A stretch of DNA of 63,761 bases, filler included, from Coriobacteriales bacterium (GTDB lineage: Bacteria > Actinomycetota > Coriobacteriia > Coriobacteriales > UBA8131), in assembly GCA_031263105.1 (NCBI GenBank). It is 6 parts of 6 records of this genome, joined end to end, with 100 filler letters (N's around TTAATTAATTAA, not from the genome) between each part and the next. Parts side by side here need not be neighbours in the genome. Positions count along the whole stretch, not along the records: positions 14,671 to 28,971 come from JAISGJ010000103.1; positions 29,072 to 46,517 come from JAISGJ010000109.1; 4 more parts are not named here. The stretch is one strand, 5' to 3'. The notes beneath the pieces are model-generated. The model did no database searches, had not been told where the DNA came from, and saw only the letters and a list, made by a program, of their open reading frames with translations. Numbering within the stretch: position 1 is the first letter of the stretch; every line of letters begins with the position of its first letter. Position numbers and translations under genes: made by a program. Below are positions 22,600 to 37,955 of this stretch, in pieces.

Positions 22600-22658
22600 T
22601 AGCAACAGATTAGTAGATACGTCGCCGAGGAAGTTGTCTCAAGTAACCAAAACAAATT
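22600..22658 (+). repeat. Imperfect direct repeat, right copy
   Basis: TAGCAAC..AGATACGTCGCCGAGGAAGTTGTCTCAAGTAACCAAAACAAATT. Confidence 0.75.
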
Positions 22659-22707
22659 GCCCAAGGACAACTTAGAGTGGCGCGCGAGAGGCGAAGCAGT
22701 CTTTGAG

Positions 22708-22742
22708 AAGCCCCGGGCCTCCGCAAGAGGCCCGGGGCTTTT
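22708..22742. terminator. Intrinsic terminator-like hairpin
   Basis: AAGCCCCGGGCCTC-CGCAA-GAGGCCCGGGGCTTTT. Confidence 0.7.
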
Positions 22743-22792
22743 GTGGGTCGCTTCCCAGAAATCTGCGTGGGGCATTCGTTTGATTTTACGGC

Positions 22793-22835
22793 AACAAAAG
22801 GGGCTGTTGACACCTTGGGTCAACAGCCCCTTTGT
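22793..22835 (-). terminator. Probable bidirectional terminator downstream of the giant surface protein gene
   Basis: AACAAAAGGGGCTGTTGAC-ACCTTGG-GTCAACAGCCCCTTTGTT. Confidence 0.75.
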
Positions 22836-22869
22836 TATCCCGTCCAAGGAAGGTTCATTGCTTGGAGCG

Positions 22870-28971
<6,102 letters not shown>

Positions 28972-29071
28972 NNNNNNNNNNNNNNNNNNNNNNNNNNNNN
29001 NNNNNNNNNNNNNNNTTAATTAATTAANNNNNNNNNNNNNNNNNNNNNNNNNNNNNNNNNNNNNNNNNNNN
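28972..29071. other. Artificial contig linker
   Basis: N-TTAATTAATTAA-N. Confidence 0.98.
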
Positions 29072-29368
29072 CTTGGCGGCTTCGCCGACCTCCCCGTCGA
29101 CTTCCAGCCCTGTGGCGCTTTCGACCCCCTCGCTCCCGGCGCACGCAAGCAGTGCGGAGAAGAACGAGCCTGTCCCCACTGCCGGCTCCAGGAACCTGAT
29201 GGGCCGTCCCCCCATGAGCGACAAGCCGTAAGACACGATCTCCGAGGCAAGCTCGGGAGGTGTTGCGAACTGCCCGAGGTGCCGCCGGTAGTCCGTCGAG
29301 CGCTTTTCGTCCAGTTCGGCCTGGAGAGCCTGACGCCGTTGCTCCCTCTTTCTCATGCCGTCTCTCAT
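29072..29368 (-). CDS. N6-adenine DNA methyltransferase, XamI-system type (3' truncated by contig end)
   Basis: LQAELD....RHLGQFATP and SAM-binding FLEPAVGTGSF motifs. Confidence 0.85.
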
Positions 29369-29448
29369 ATTCCGAACAGTTCCAGGTCGGACAGCCCGTG
29401 CTCCCAGATCCGGTCACAGCCTTCTGCGGCTGCGTATCCCAACAGGCA
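29365..29448 (-). pseudogene. C-terminal remnant of an XamI-family restriction endonuclease
   Basis: Manual translation LLGYAAAEGCDRIWEHGLSDLELFGI* resembles the recalled family C-terminus LGYEAAEGIDWVWEHRIDDL; TGA overlaps the MTase ATG. Confidence 0.7.
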
Positions 29449-29450
29449 CC

Positions 29451-30551
29451 TCACTGCCTTTTCAGGAAGTCAGTGAGGCTTTGGAGCGTGAAGCGGAGGC
29501 CGGTGTTGCGCAGGGTGTAGAGGCCCTGGGCGACCAGGCCCAGCCAATAGGGGAGACGGGCGGTCCTTTGGGGCGGCAGGCCACGCAGTTCGAGGAAGAG
29601 GTCCTTGGACCTGGGAGGGATCTCGGCATCACTGAGCACGAGGTCGACGTCCATGCGGGAGAACATGCGCTCGGCCTCGACATGGAGGGCGGGGTCTTCG
29701 AGGGGGACCTCTGCGGTTATCCCTGCCAGATAGGTGAAGCCTCGGCTGTTCTGGGCGCGCAGGACGCCCTCGTCGGTGACGTTCAGGCGCTCCAGGACGT
29801 CCATCTGTTCGTTCCAGCGCTGGAAGGGCACGAGGGTGTGGTTGCGTGCGAACGCGGCGTAGCTTTCGGGGGTCTCCTCGCGGTAGCAGTAGTAGGGTCT
29901 GTCGAGGTAGACGATGGAGCGCGCCTGGCAGCAGGTCTCGATGAGGAAGGGGTTGTCGGCCCATCCGGCCCCGGGGATCGGCATGAAGCGGATGCCGCAG
30001 TCGTCGAGGAAGGCCTTGCGGTACAGGGCAGACCAGATGGAGGGGTGGTGGCAGAGCAGGTGCGGCGCGACGCCTATCTCGAACGGCTGGCACGGGGGGC
30101 GGATGCGGTGCCGGTAGCTGCAGTTCAGCTTCCGCTGCTGGGGGGTGTCGGGCATGAGGATGCGCCAGTACGGCGTCTTCACCATGTCGGGAGGGGAGGC
30201 GAAGCGCGAGGCGAAGGCGAGCATGTCCTCGTACATCCCCTGCTCGATCCAGTCGTCCGGCTCGACGATGGAGATGTAGGTGCCGGACGCCTCGTCTATT
30301 CCCCGGTTGCAGGTCGCCCCGTAGCCCTCGTTCGGCTTGTCCACCACGACGACGCGCACGTCCCGTTCCGCGTACTCCTGCATAACGGCAAGCGAGCCGT
30401 CGGTGGAGCCGTCGTTCAGGCAGACGACCTCGAGGCCTGTGTGGGACTGGCCCAGGATGCTCTCCAGACACTGGGCGAGGTAGCGCCCGGCGTTGTAGCA
30501 GGGGACGACGACCGAGACGTCGGGCAGCTTCTTGTCGTGCGTGTTGCTCAT
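29451..30551 (-). CDS. Glycosyltransferase family 2
   Basis: VSVVVPCYNA, NDGSTDGS, NEGYGATCNRGI, VEPDDW. Confidence 0.93.
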   Translation of the reverse strand: MSNTHDKKLPDVSVVVPCYNAGRYLAQCLESILGQSHTGLEVVCLNDGSTDGSLAVMQEYAERDVRVVVVDKPNEGYGATCNRGIDEASGTYISIVEPDDWIEQGMYEDMLAFASRFASPPDMVKTPYWRILMPDTPQQRKLNCSYRHRIRPPCQPFEIGVAPHLLCHHPSIWSALYRKAFLDDCGIRFMPIPGAGWADNPFLIETCCQARSIVYLDRPYYCYREETPESYAAFARNHTLVPFQRWNEQMDVLERLNVTDEGVLRAQNSRGFTYLAGITAEVPLEDPALHVEAERMFSRMDVDLVLSDAEIPPRSKDLFLELRGLPPQRTARLPYWLGLVAQGLYTLRNTGLRFTLQSLTDFLKRQ

Positions 30552-30692
30552 GGGCGCGTGTCTTTCGGAGTCCGTCGAGGTGGCGTCGGGGCGATCATGT
30601 TCTGTTGTGGCGTTCCATCGCACAGTATACAGCAAGCACCTGACACAAGGCTGAAGAGAGGGACGTCGTGGAGGGGAGGTGCAGGAGGAAGG

Positions 30693-30987
30693 GTTACAGA
30701 GTTCACACCCCCACAGATACCCCACTGCCACCCCGAGCCCCACTGTCGCCCCGAGCCCCACTGTCATTCCGAGCCCCACTGCCGCCCCGAGCCCCACTGC
30801 CACCCCGAGCCCCACTGTCATTCCGAGCCCCACTGTCGCCCCGAGCCCCACTGTCATTCCGAGCCTGTCGAGGAATCCTCGGCCGCGCCAGCGGTCGACC
30901 GCAGGTCGAAGGGCCCCTTGGCCTGCCGTTGGACACTGCGTGTCCAAGGGTTCCTCGGCGGAGCTCGGGATGACAGTGGGGGTGAAC
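30693..30987. mobile_element. MITE copy 8 with eight tandem 18-bp arm units
   Basis: CCCACTGYCRYYCCGAGC x8 at 30721-30864; perfect TSD GAGGAAGG (30685-30692 / 30988-30995). Confidence 0.95.
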
Positions 30988-31036
30988 GAGGAAGGCGCAA
31001 AGGAGAGCCGCCCTTTCCCCCTCGTCTTGCCTCCGC

Positions 31037-32128
31037 CTAGACGACAAGCATCGCGTCGCCGTAGCTGAAGAAGCGGTAGCGTGCCTGTATCGCGTGCTGG
31101 TAGGCGGCAAGCACCTTCTCTCGGCCGACGAAGGCGCATACGAGCATGAGGAGCGTGGACTTGGGGAGGTGGAAGTTCGTGACGAGGGCGTCCGTCATGG
31201 TGAAGGGGCGTCCGCCCGGGTAGAGGAAGATGTCGGTGGCCCCCCAGCCTGGTGCGACCGTGACCCCGCTGTCGCCATCGGGGCGTGCTGCGCTCTCCAG
31301 CGTGCGCACCGAGGTCGTCCCTACGCAGACGACGCGGCGGCCCTCGCTGCGGGCGGCGTTTATCGCCTGGGCGGCGTCCTCGTCTATGTGGTAGAGCTCC
31401 TCGTGCATCCGGTGCTCCTCGATATGCTCGCTTTGCACGGGGCGGAAGGTTCCAAGGCCCACGTGGAGGGTCACGAAGGCCGTATGCACGCCCTGTTCGC
31501 GCAGGCGGACAAGCAAGGCGTCGGTGAAGTGCAGGCCCGCTGTGGGGGCCGCCGCCGAGCCCGGCTCGCGCGCGAAGACCGTCTGATAGCGTTGTGTGTC
31601 CGAAGGCTCGGCGGCGCGTGCGATGTAGGGAGGCAGCGGAACCGTCCCCACGCGCTGGAGCGCGTCCAGGAGCGTGCCCTCGTAGACGAGACGGACGACG
31701 AGGGCGCCGCCCTCCCGCTTCTCGACGACCTGCGCCTGGAGCGCCGACGCGAAGTCCACGACATCGCCCGCCTTCAGGCGGCGCGCGGGGCGGGCAAGGG
31801 CCTCCCAGCAGTCGCCGGTGTCCCCCTGCGCCTGTCCGCCTGCCGCCCCCGCCACCCCTGGCGCACCAAGCGGCCTCAGCAGGAAGAGCTCGATGCGCGC
31901 CCCGGTGCCCTGCTTCGTGCCGATGAGGCGGGCGGGGATGACGCGCGAGTCGTTCAGGACCAGGACGTCACCCGCACGCAGGTACGCAGGCAGGTCGTGG
32001 AAGCGGCGGTCCTCACAGACGCCGCTTCCACGGTCGAGAACCAAAAGGCGGGAGGCATCGCGCTCCTCGGCGGGGTGCTGGGCTATGAGCCCAGCAGGCA
32101 ACGCATAGTCAAAGAGCTCAAGCCGCAT
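31037..32128 (-). CDS. queA: S-adenosylmethionine:tRNA ribosyltransferase-isomerase
   Basis: FDYALP..LIAQHP, PLPPYI, AAPTAGLHF, TLHVGLGTF, TNFHLPKST, YRFFSYGDAM. Confidence 0.97.
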   Translation of the reverse strand: MRLELFDYALPAGLIAQHPAEERDASRLLVLDRGSGVCEDRRFHDLPAYLRAGDVLVLNDSRVIPARLIGTKQGTGARIELFLLRPLGAPGVAGAAGGQAQGDTGDCWEALARPARRLKAGDVVDFASALQAQVVEKREGGALVVRLVYEGTLLDALQRVGTVPLPPYIARAAEPSDTQRYQTVFAREPGSAAAPTAGLHFTDALLVRLREQGVHTAFVTLHVGLGTFRPVQSEHIEEHRMHEELYHIDEDAAQAINAARSEGRRVVCVGTTSVRTLESAARPDGDSGVTVAPGWGATDIFLYPGGRPFTMTDALVTNFHLPKSTLLMLVCAFVGREKVLAAYQHAIQARYRFFSYGDAMLVV

Positions 32129-32181
32129 TCCGTGCCTCCAGTATTGTGCCTCCGATACGTTGCCCCGACGGGCACAGAGCC

Positions 32182-32511
32182 TTACTCGGTCGCCGCTGCC
32201 CTTTTGCCCTGACGGGCGATCATCTCTCCGGTCAGGCAACAGATCGCCGCAACGACCATCGCGTTGATCGACGCGATGCCCCAGGGGAGCAGGTTCGCCA
32301 CAAGGGCACCGATGACCACCCCGGCCAGCGCAGATATGTCGACCTTCCCGGTGGGTGTACAGCCTTCCTGGTAGCGATGCCTGTTGACGAAGTAGTCGAG
32401 CACCAGGATGACGCCGAGGGGCGGAAGCGTGGCGTTGAGGATGCTCGGCCAGCTCACGAAGTTATTATAGAGCCAAACCGCGAGCACCGTCCCGATGGTA
32501 AACTCCAACAA
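32182..32511 (-). pseudogene. codB: C-terminal fragment of cytosine permease
   Basis: GTVLAVWLYNNFVSW....LPPLGVILVLDYF resembles the CodB C-terminus; the N-terminal ~300 aa are absent. Confidence 0.7.
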
Positions 32512-32637
32512 AAGGAAGGCGGGGCCGCGTCATCTTTGTGCACGTGCCCAAAAGCGGCAGGCGGAGCGGGGTTTCCCTTCTCTCGGGTCTTGGAAAGCGC
32601 CGACTGGCTCGTTGCCTGTCTCCCGGCACGCGAGCAA

Positions 32638-33348
32638 TCAATCGGCGCTTCCCTTGCGACCTGTCGTCTCGAAGAGGGTCAGCAGCCCTGCGGAGTACTC
32701 GAGGCAGGACACGAGGCGCAGCGCGCCCTCCAGGCTCTCCGCCAAGGCAAAGGGGCCGTGCCCCCGCACGACGGCGAGCGGCGAGCCTGCTGCGACCTGG
32801 GACGCCATGGCGGCGGCGACCTCCTCGCTCGCGACGGTGGCCTCGCAGGAGAGCACCGTCACGCCCGCGCCGAGCGTGAGCGCGCCCTCGGAGTCGAGGG
32901 GGGCTATCACGTCCGTTATCAGCGAGTGGAAGACCGTGTGCCTCGTATGGGCATGGACGACCGCATGCGTGCCGAAGGGCTCGCCGCAGAGAGCGGCCCT
33001 GTCCGCCAGGGCATGGTACATCGCCCGGTGCACCAGCAGCTCCATGGATGCCTGCTGGTCGGCAGGGGAGGGCTCCCAGCCGACCTTTCGGATGTCGTTC
33101 GGGCCCAGATGGCCGAGCATCGAGCCCGTGCGCGTGATCCAGATGGAGCTGCCGTCGCTCTCGCTGAGGTTTCCGCCGTGGCTCGTGACGGCACCGGCAA
33201 GGAACAGGTCGCGTCCCGTCTCGATGAAGCGCTTGATGCGCAGCACATCGTTGCCGGTGTCCCGTGCCGCCGTCGAGACCGCGTCGGCTGCGTTGCCCAC
33301 GCTGTCCAAGAGGTCCTTCTTGAAGCGTTCGAAGTCGAAGTCTTCCAT
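32638..33348 (-). CDS. Class II aldolase/adducin family protein
   Basis: HGGNLS, ASMELLVH, VVHAH, VRGHG metal-binding motifs. Confidence 0.88.
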   Translation of the reverse strand: MEDFDFERFKKDLLDSVGNAADAVSTAARDTGNDVLRIKRFIETGRDLFLAGAVTSHGGNLSESDGSSIWITRTGSMLGHLGPNDIRKVGWEPSPADQQASMELLVHRAMYHALADRAALCGEPFGTHAVVHAHTRHTVFHSLITDVIAPLDSEGALTLGAGVTVLSCEATVASEEVAAAMASQVAAGSPLAVVRGHGPFALAESLEGALRLVSCLEYSAGLLTLFETTGRKGSAD

Positions 33349-33459
33349 CCCAATCCTTCCTCGGGCGTTGTGCGATAATCAAAGGATACTGGAGATGGGC
33401 TGCGCGTGCCATACCGTTACGCGCCTGTACCGCGACGATACGAGTCCCGAGGAGGACAA

Positions 33460-35595
33460 GTGGGCACGACGCCGACGACAGCAACGACCATGGCGGCCGC
33501 GACGGACATACCGGCCACGCCCCCCTTGACGAGCGACAGGGAGGACACGGAGGACGCAAGGGACGCAGAGTACGCAGGCCGTCCCCTTTGGCCCAGGCGC
33601 GCGGTGGTCACCGCCGGCATGCCCTACGGGAACAAGGGGCTGCACTTCGGCCATATCGGCGGGGTCTTCGTGCCCGCCGACGTCTATGCCCGCTTCCTGC
33701 GCGACCGCATAGGCGAGGACAAGGTGCTCTTCGTCTGTGGGACCGACTGCTACGGTTCTCCCATCGACGAGGGCTACCGAAGGCTCGTGAAGGACGGCTT
33801 CGGCGGCAGCATCGCCGACTACGTGCAGGCCAACCACGACGCCCAGAGCGCGACGCTTGCGCGTTACGGCATCTCGCTCGACATATTCGAGGGCTCCGGG
33901 ACAGGCAGGGCGAAGGCCGTCCACGAACGCATCACCGACCTCTTCGTCCGCCGCCTGTACGGCAACGGGCACCTCCATCGCGCCTCCTCGGCGCAGTTCT
34001 ACGACGAGGAGGCGCGAAGCCTCCTGAACGGCCGCCAGGTCGTCGGGCGCTGCCCCATACCGGGCTGCAAGTCGGAGCATGCCTATGCGGACGAGTGCGA
34101 CCTCGGCCACCAGTACATGCCCGCCGACCTCATCGCGCCCATAAGCACGCTCTCCGGGAAGCCCCCCGTCATGCGCGACGTGGAGAACTGGTACTTCGAC
34201 CTCCCCGCCTTCAAGGGGCTCCTCAAGGAGCACGTCGCGTCCCTCAAGGCATCCGGCACCGCCCGCAGCGTCCTCAGCGACACCATCGAGGAGTTCCTCG
34301 TCCCGCCCGTCATCTACGTGAGGTGCGGGTTCGAGGAGGAGTGCGCTGCGCTCTCCGAGGATCTGGACCCCCATCTGATGCGCCCCGCACAGAAGGGCAG
34401 GGCCTCGTTCGAGCTCGAGTTCGAGGACCTTGCCGCACGCGACCGTGCACGAGCCCTCCTCGACGCGGCGGGCATACGCTACCGTACCGGCAAGGCCCTC
34501 GTCCCCTTCCGCATCACCGGCAACATCGCCTGGGGCGTGCCCGCACCTGTCCTCGAGGGCGAGGACAGACAGACGGTCTGGTGCTGGCCGGAGTCGCTCT
34601 GGGCCCCCATCAGCTTCACGCAGGCCTGGCTCGAGAACGGCGGGGAGGGCATCGAGACCCTCAACCCCGGCCGCCTGCGGACCGAGGACGCGTCCGAGGG
34701 CTGGGAGGACTACTGGTGCTCGCCCGACTCGACGGTCTACCAGTTCATCGGCCAGGACAACATCTACTTCTACGGCGTGGCGCAGACGGCCATGTGGGCC
34801 GCCTTTCCCGCCGCGCACGGGCCGCGCGTCAACGCCGGGCCGGGCGACCTCCAGCAGTCCTGCCTCGTGGCGAACTACCACCTGCTCTTCCTCGACAAGA
34901 AGGCGTCGTCCTCCGGCGAGCTCAAGCCCCCGACGGCGGACGAGCTGCTCGAGCACTATACGGCCGAGCAGCTGCGCGCGCACTTCCTCTCCCTCGGGCT
35001 GGGGATGCGGCCGGTGAGCTTCCGGCCCAAGCCGCTCGACCCCCTTGCCAAGGAGCAGGACGCCGACCCCGTCTGCAAGGAGGGAGCGTTGCTGACGAAC
35101 GTCTTCAACCGCCTCGCACGCTCCTGCTTCTACACGGCACAGAAGGACAATGCGGGCCTCCTGCCGCTGGGCGCCCCCGCTGCGGAGCTCGTCGAGGAGG
35201 CCCATGCGGCCATACTCGAGTACGAGCGCCTGATGCACCGCCAGGAGCTCCATGCCGTCATGCACCTCATGGACGCCCTCATACGCAAGGCGAACAAGCA
35301 CTGGTCCGAGGCCATCCGCGAGGCGGGCGACGACCGCGCTCGGCGCCTGGCCGTCCTGCGCGACAGCTTCTACCTGCTGCGCGTCTGCACGGTGCTCATG
35401 CACCCCATCGTCCCCGAGGGCACACGGACGATCTTCGACCACCTTGCCTTCGAAGGGGCGGAGCGCGAGTTCTTCTCTTGGGAGCACATCTTCAAGGGCT
35501 TCGAGGGCTTCTTCACGCCAGAGGATGCGGAGAAGGGCGGGCATCCCCTCAAGGAGCTGCCGCCCCGCACCGACTTCTTCTCCTACCGCAGGTAA
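33460..35595 (+). CDS. metG: Methionyl-tRNA synthetase
   Basis: TAGMPYGN..LHFGH, CGTDCYG, Zn knuckle, FIGQDNIYF, KASSS; GGAGG RBS before GTG. Confidence 0.9.
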   Translation: MGTTPTTATTMAAATDIPATPPLTSDREDTEDARDAEYAGRPLWPRRAVVTAGMPYGNKGLHFGHIGGVFVPADVYARFLRDRIGEDKVLFVCGTDCYGSPIDEGYRRLVKDGFGGSIADYVQANHDAQSATLARYGISLDIFEGSGTGRAKAVHERITDLFVRRLYGNGHLHRASSAQFYDEEARSLLNGRQVVGRCPIPGCKSEHAYADECDLGHQYMPADLIAPISTLSGKPPVMRDVENWYFDLPAFKGLLKEHVASLKASGTARSVLSDTIEEFLVPPVIYVRCGFEEECAALSEDLDPHLMRPAQKGRASFELEFEDLAARDRARALLDAAGIRYRTGKALVPFRITGNIAWGVPAPVLEGEDRQTVWCWPESLWAPISFTQAWLENGGEGIETLNPGRLRTEDASEGWEDYWCSPDSTVYQFIGQDNIYFYGVAQTAMWAAFPAAHGPRVNAGPGDLQQSCLVANYHLLFLDKKASSSGELKPPTADELLEHYTAEQLRAHFLSLGLGMRPVSFRPKPLDPLAKEQDADPVCKEGALLTNVFNRLARSCFYTAQKDNAGLLPLGAPAAELVEEAHAAILEYERLMHRQELHAVMHLMDALIRKANKHWSEAIREAGDDRARRLAVLRDSFYLLRVCTVLMHPIVPEGTRTIFDHLAFEGAEREFFSWEHIFKGFEGFFTPEDAEKGGHPLKELPPRTDFFSYRR

Positions 35596-35600
35596 AAGCA

Positions 35601-35647
35601 TGCAGGGCCGAGGCAGGAGGCTCCAGCCTCCCAATCCCGGCCCTGCA
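35601..35647. terminator. Hairpin between convergent metG and aldolase genes
   Basis: TGCAGGGCCG...GGAGGCT-CC-AGCCTCC...CGGCCCTGCA. Confidence 0.5.
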
Positions 35648-35688
35648 GGTCGTCCCTTTGTCCTCCCGGCCCTGCGCCAGTCAACGGG

Positions 35689-36627
35689 CTAAAGGCTGAA
35701 GTCCTCTGTGCCATTGAATACGGCAAGCGCCCTCTTTGCGTCATAGCCGGCCAAGGTTATCGCGCTGATGGCCTTCGTGAGGCGCACGGCCTCGTCCAGC
35801 GGGCGTTGGTGGATGTTGCGCCCCGTCGCGTTGCCGGCGGCACCGCCGACCCGTATCTGCTCGTGAAGCTGCGTGAGGAAGCGCTCGGCGTCGACGGTCG
35901 AGCCGCCGGCGCAGACGAGGCCGGTGCGTCCTGCGGCCTCAGATGCGCGGGCGAGGAGCTCGGCCGAGTTCGCGTCCTCGGTCGGCTTGGGCGGGTTCAC
36001 CTTGACGAAGTCCGCGCCCAGGCAGAGCGCCACCCCTGCCGCCCCTGCGATGAGGTCGGCGTCCTTCTCGTCGGCCACCGCCTTGCCGCGCGGGTATATC
36101 CACAGCACGACGACGAGGCCGGCCGCATGGGCCTCGGCTATCAGCTCGCCTGCCTCGGCCATCATGGTCGCCTCGTACTCCGAGCCGAGGTAGATGGTAT
36201 AGCCGATGCCGACGATGTTCACGCCGGCCTCGCGCATCACGAGGACGGACTCGAGCGAGTGGAGCAAGGGGGAGTAGGGGTCGTCCTGCTTGACGCCGAC
36301 GAGGTTCGTCTTCGAGTTCATCTTCACGAGGTAGTTGATGCCCGGATAATCGGGGGCGTACCGCGCGATGAGCCCCCGCTGCCCCGCCAACACGCCGACC
36401 ACGCCCTGCTCCGCTATCTGGAAAAGGTGCTCGGGGTCGTTGTCCGAGGGGTCTATGCCCTCACCGAAGAAGTCGCCGTTCAGATGCTCGATCTTCTGGT
36501 CGCACGCATACAGCATGAGCCTGCCGGTGCCCCTGGTCGCGGCGAGATAGTTCTCGACATACGCATCCCGTGCCTCGGGCAGCACATCCGCAGGGACCCT
36601 TACCTGCTCTGCAGACAACCTCGTCAT
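35689..36627 (-). CDS. Class I (DhnA-type) fructose-bisphosphate aldolase
   Basis: ACDQKIEH, GYTIYLGSE, LWIYPRG, LGADFVKVN, GNATGRNIHQR. Confidence 0.88.
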   Translation of the reverse strand: MTRLSAEQVRVPADVLPEARDAYVENYLAATRGTGRLMLYACDQKIEHLNGDFFGEGIDPSDNDPEHLFQIAEQGVVGVLAGQRGLIARYAPDYPGINYLVKMNSKTNLVGVKQDDPYSPLLHSLESVLVMREAGVNIVGIGYTIYLGSEYEATMMAEAGELIAEAHAAGLVVVLWIYPRGKAVADEKDADLIAGAAGVALCLGADFVKVNPPKPTEDANSAELLARASEAAGRTGLVCAGGSTVDAERFLTQLHEQIRVGGAAGNATGRNIHQRPLDEAVRLTKAISAITLAGYDAKRALAVFNGTEDFSL

Positions 36628-36703
36628 GGTGAACCTCCTCAAACTATGGAGCGGAAACGGTGGATAGCTACCTTACAGGGTACCACAGATGCCTGCCGAG
36701 TCG

Positions 36704-37384
36704 TCAGGCGGGCCGGCCCTTCAAGTAGAAATCGAAGACCCGATGAGCGTAGTAGTCGCACTTCGCCAAGGCGGTCTCCACGTCAAGGGAGCCGAGGCGC
36801 ACCTCCTGCAGGTAGAACCTGAACACGATCCTTGTCAGGTCGTTGACCTCCTCTGCATCCTCTTCCGAGAGGAGTCCCGCCTCGACGAGCGGGGAGAGGT
36901 AGATGGCGTTGCGCTCGCCGAGGTCGTTGACCATCGACGTTCGGGACAGGAGGTCGAAGCCGCTCGGCCTCTTCTCGGGAAACAGGTCGTAGTACTGCCG
37001 GGCATACGCGTCGATTTTGTCGCTGTGGTTGACGGAGAAGCGAAGGCTGAACACCTCGGGGTTCGTATAGACATGATGCGCAAAGGTCTTTGCGGTGACA
37101 TGATAGGCCTCAAGGGGGTCGGTGACCCCCGCCAGTCTCTTCGAGAGCTCCTTGCTGTACTCCTCGTAATAACCCATGGTGGCGAAGAAGACCAGGTGGT
37201 CGAGGTTGTCGAAGTAATGGTAGAGGGTCGCGCTCGTATAGCCTGCCGCATCGGAGACCTTGCGTATGGTGACGGCCTCCAGCCCTTCCTCGCGGACGAT
37301 CTTCTCGGCAGCCTCGATGAAGTACGTCATCGTGCGCTGTTGACGGAGGCGTGTCCGCTCCTCTGGGCTCGTTGCAGCTGTCAT
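36704..37384 (-). CDS. TetR/AcrR-family regulator
   Basis: FIEAAEKIVREEGLEAVTIRKVSDAAGYTSATLYHYF. Confidence 0.92.
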   Translation of the reverse strand: MTAATSPEERTRLRQQRTMTYFIEAAEKIVREEGLEAVTIRKVSDAAGYTSATLYHYFDNLDHLVFFATMGYYEEYSKELSKRLAGVTDPLEAYHVTAKTFAHHVYTNPEVFSLRFSVNHSDKIDAYARQYYDLFPEKRPSGFDLLSRTSMVNDLGERNAIYLSPLVEAGLLSEEDAEEVNDLTRIVFRFYLQEVRLGSLDVETALAKCDYYAHRVFDFYLKGRPA

Positions 37385-37438
37385 TGCAACCCTGCCTCTC
37401 CCTTGCTCCTGTCCACGTCTTCGATCGACGGCTTCCTC

Positions 37439-37765
37439 GTTACTGTTCACTCCCTCTATTGTCATCCCGAGCCCCCACTGTCATCCCGAGCCCCCACTGT
37501 CATCCCGAGCCTGTCGAGGGATCCTCGGCCGCGCAAGCGGTCGACTGCGGCCAGAAAGCGCTTCGGCCCGCGCTCGGCTGCTTCGCGTTCCGTGGGCCTG
37601 TCGGTTCCATGGGCTCACCCGCTGCTTCGCAGCTTCGCCCCGCGACAGTCCACCGGACTGTCGCGCCGGCCTCGCTGAAAACAGCCCACTGGGCTGTTTT
37701 CCGGGCGCTCGGACCCAAAGATTCCTCGCGAGGCTCGGAATGACAGTGGAGGTGTGAACAGTAAC
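37439..37765. mobile_element. MITE copy 9 (long form with extra internal palindromes)
   Basis: GTTACTGTTCAC...GTGAACAGTAAC; TSD GCTTCCTC / ACTTCCTC (7/8); three tandem arm units. Confidence 0.93.
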
Positions 37766-37795
37766 ACTTCCTCAAAAACTCAAAAACCAATCGCA

Positions 37796-37829
37796 ATTAG
37801 TATACTAATCATGCTTGATTTGTCAATCA
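37796..37829. promoter_or_regulatory. Candidate operator palindromes in the TetR / kinase divergent promoter
   Basis: Perfect palindrome ATTAGTATACTAAT (37796-37809) and TGATT-TGTC-AATCA in an AT-rich patch. Confidence 0.5.
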
Positions 37830-37955
37830 CGATTTGATACACTGTGACAACGCCGTCCGCGAGTGGCAAAGAGAGGGGCGGCGACAGGACGTCAGGGCGG
37901 CCAGCGGGGCGACACGGAGCGGGACCCATGTCGCAAGGAATCGAGGGGAGGCATC

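Noticed and set aside
22660..22745. T-box or riboswitch before the strong hairpin
   Set aside because: No convincing T-box consensus and no downstream gene on the plus strand.
30721..30864. Regular repeats as a CRISPR array
   Set aside because: Head-to-tail 18-bp units with no unique spacers and no cas genes; they derive from the MITE arm.
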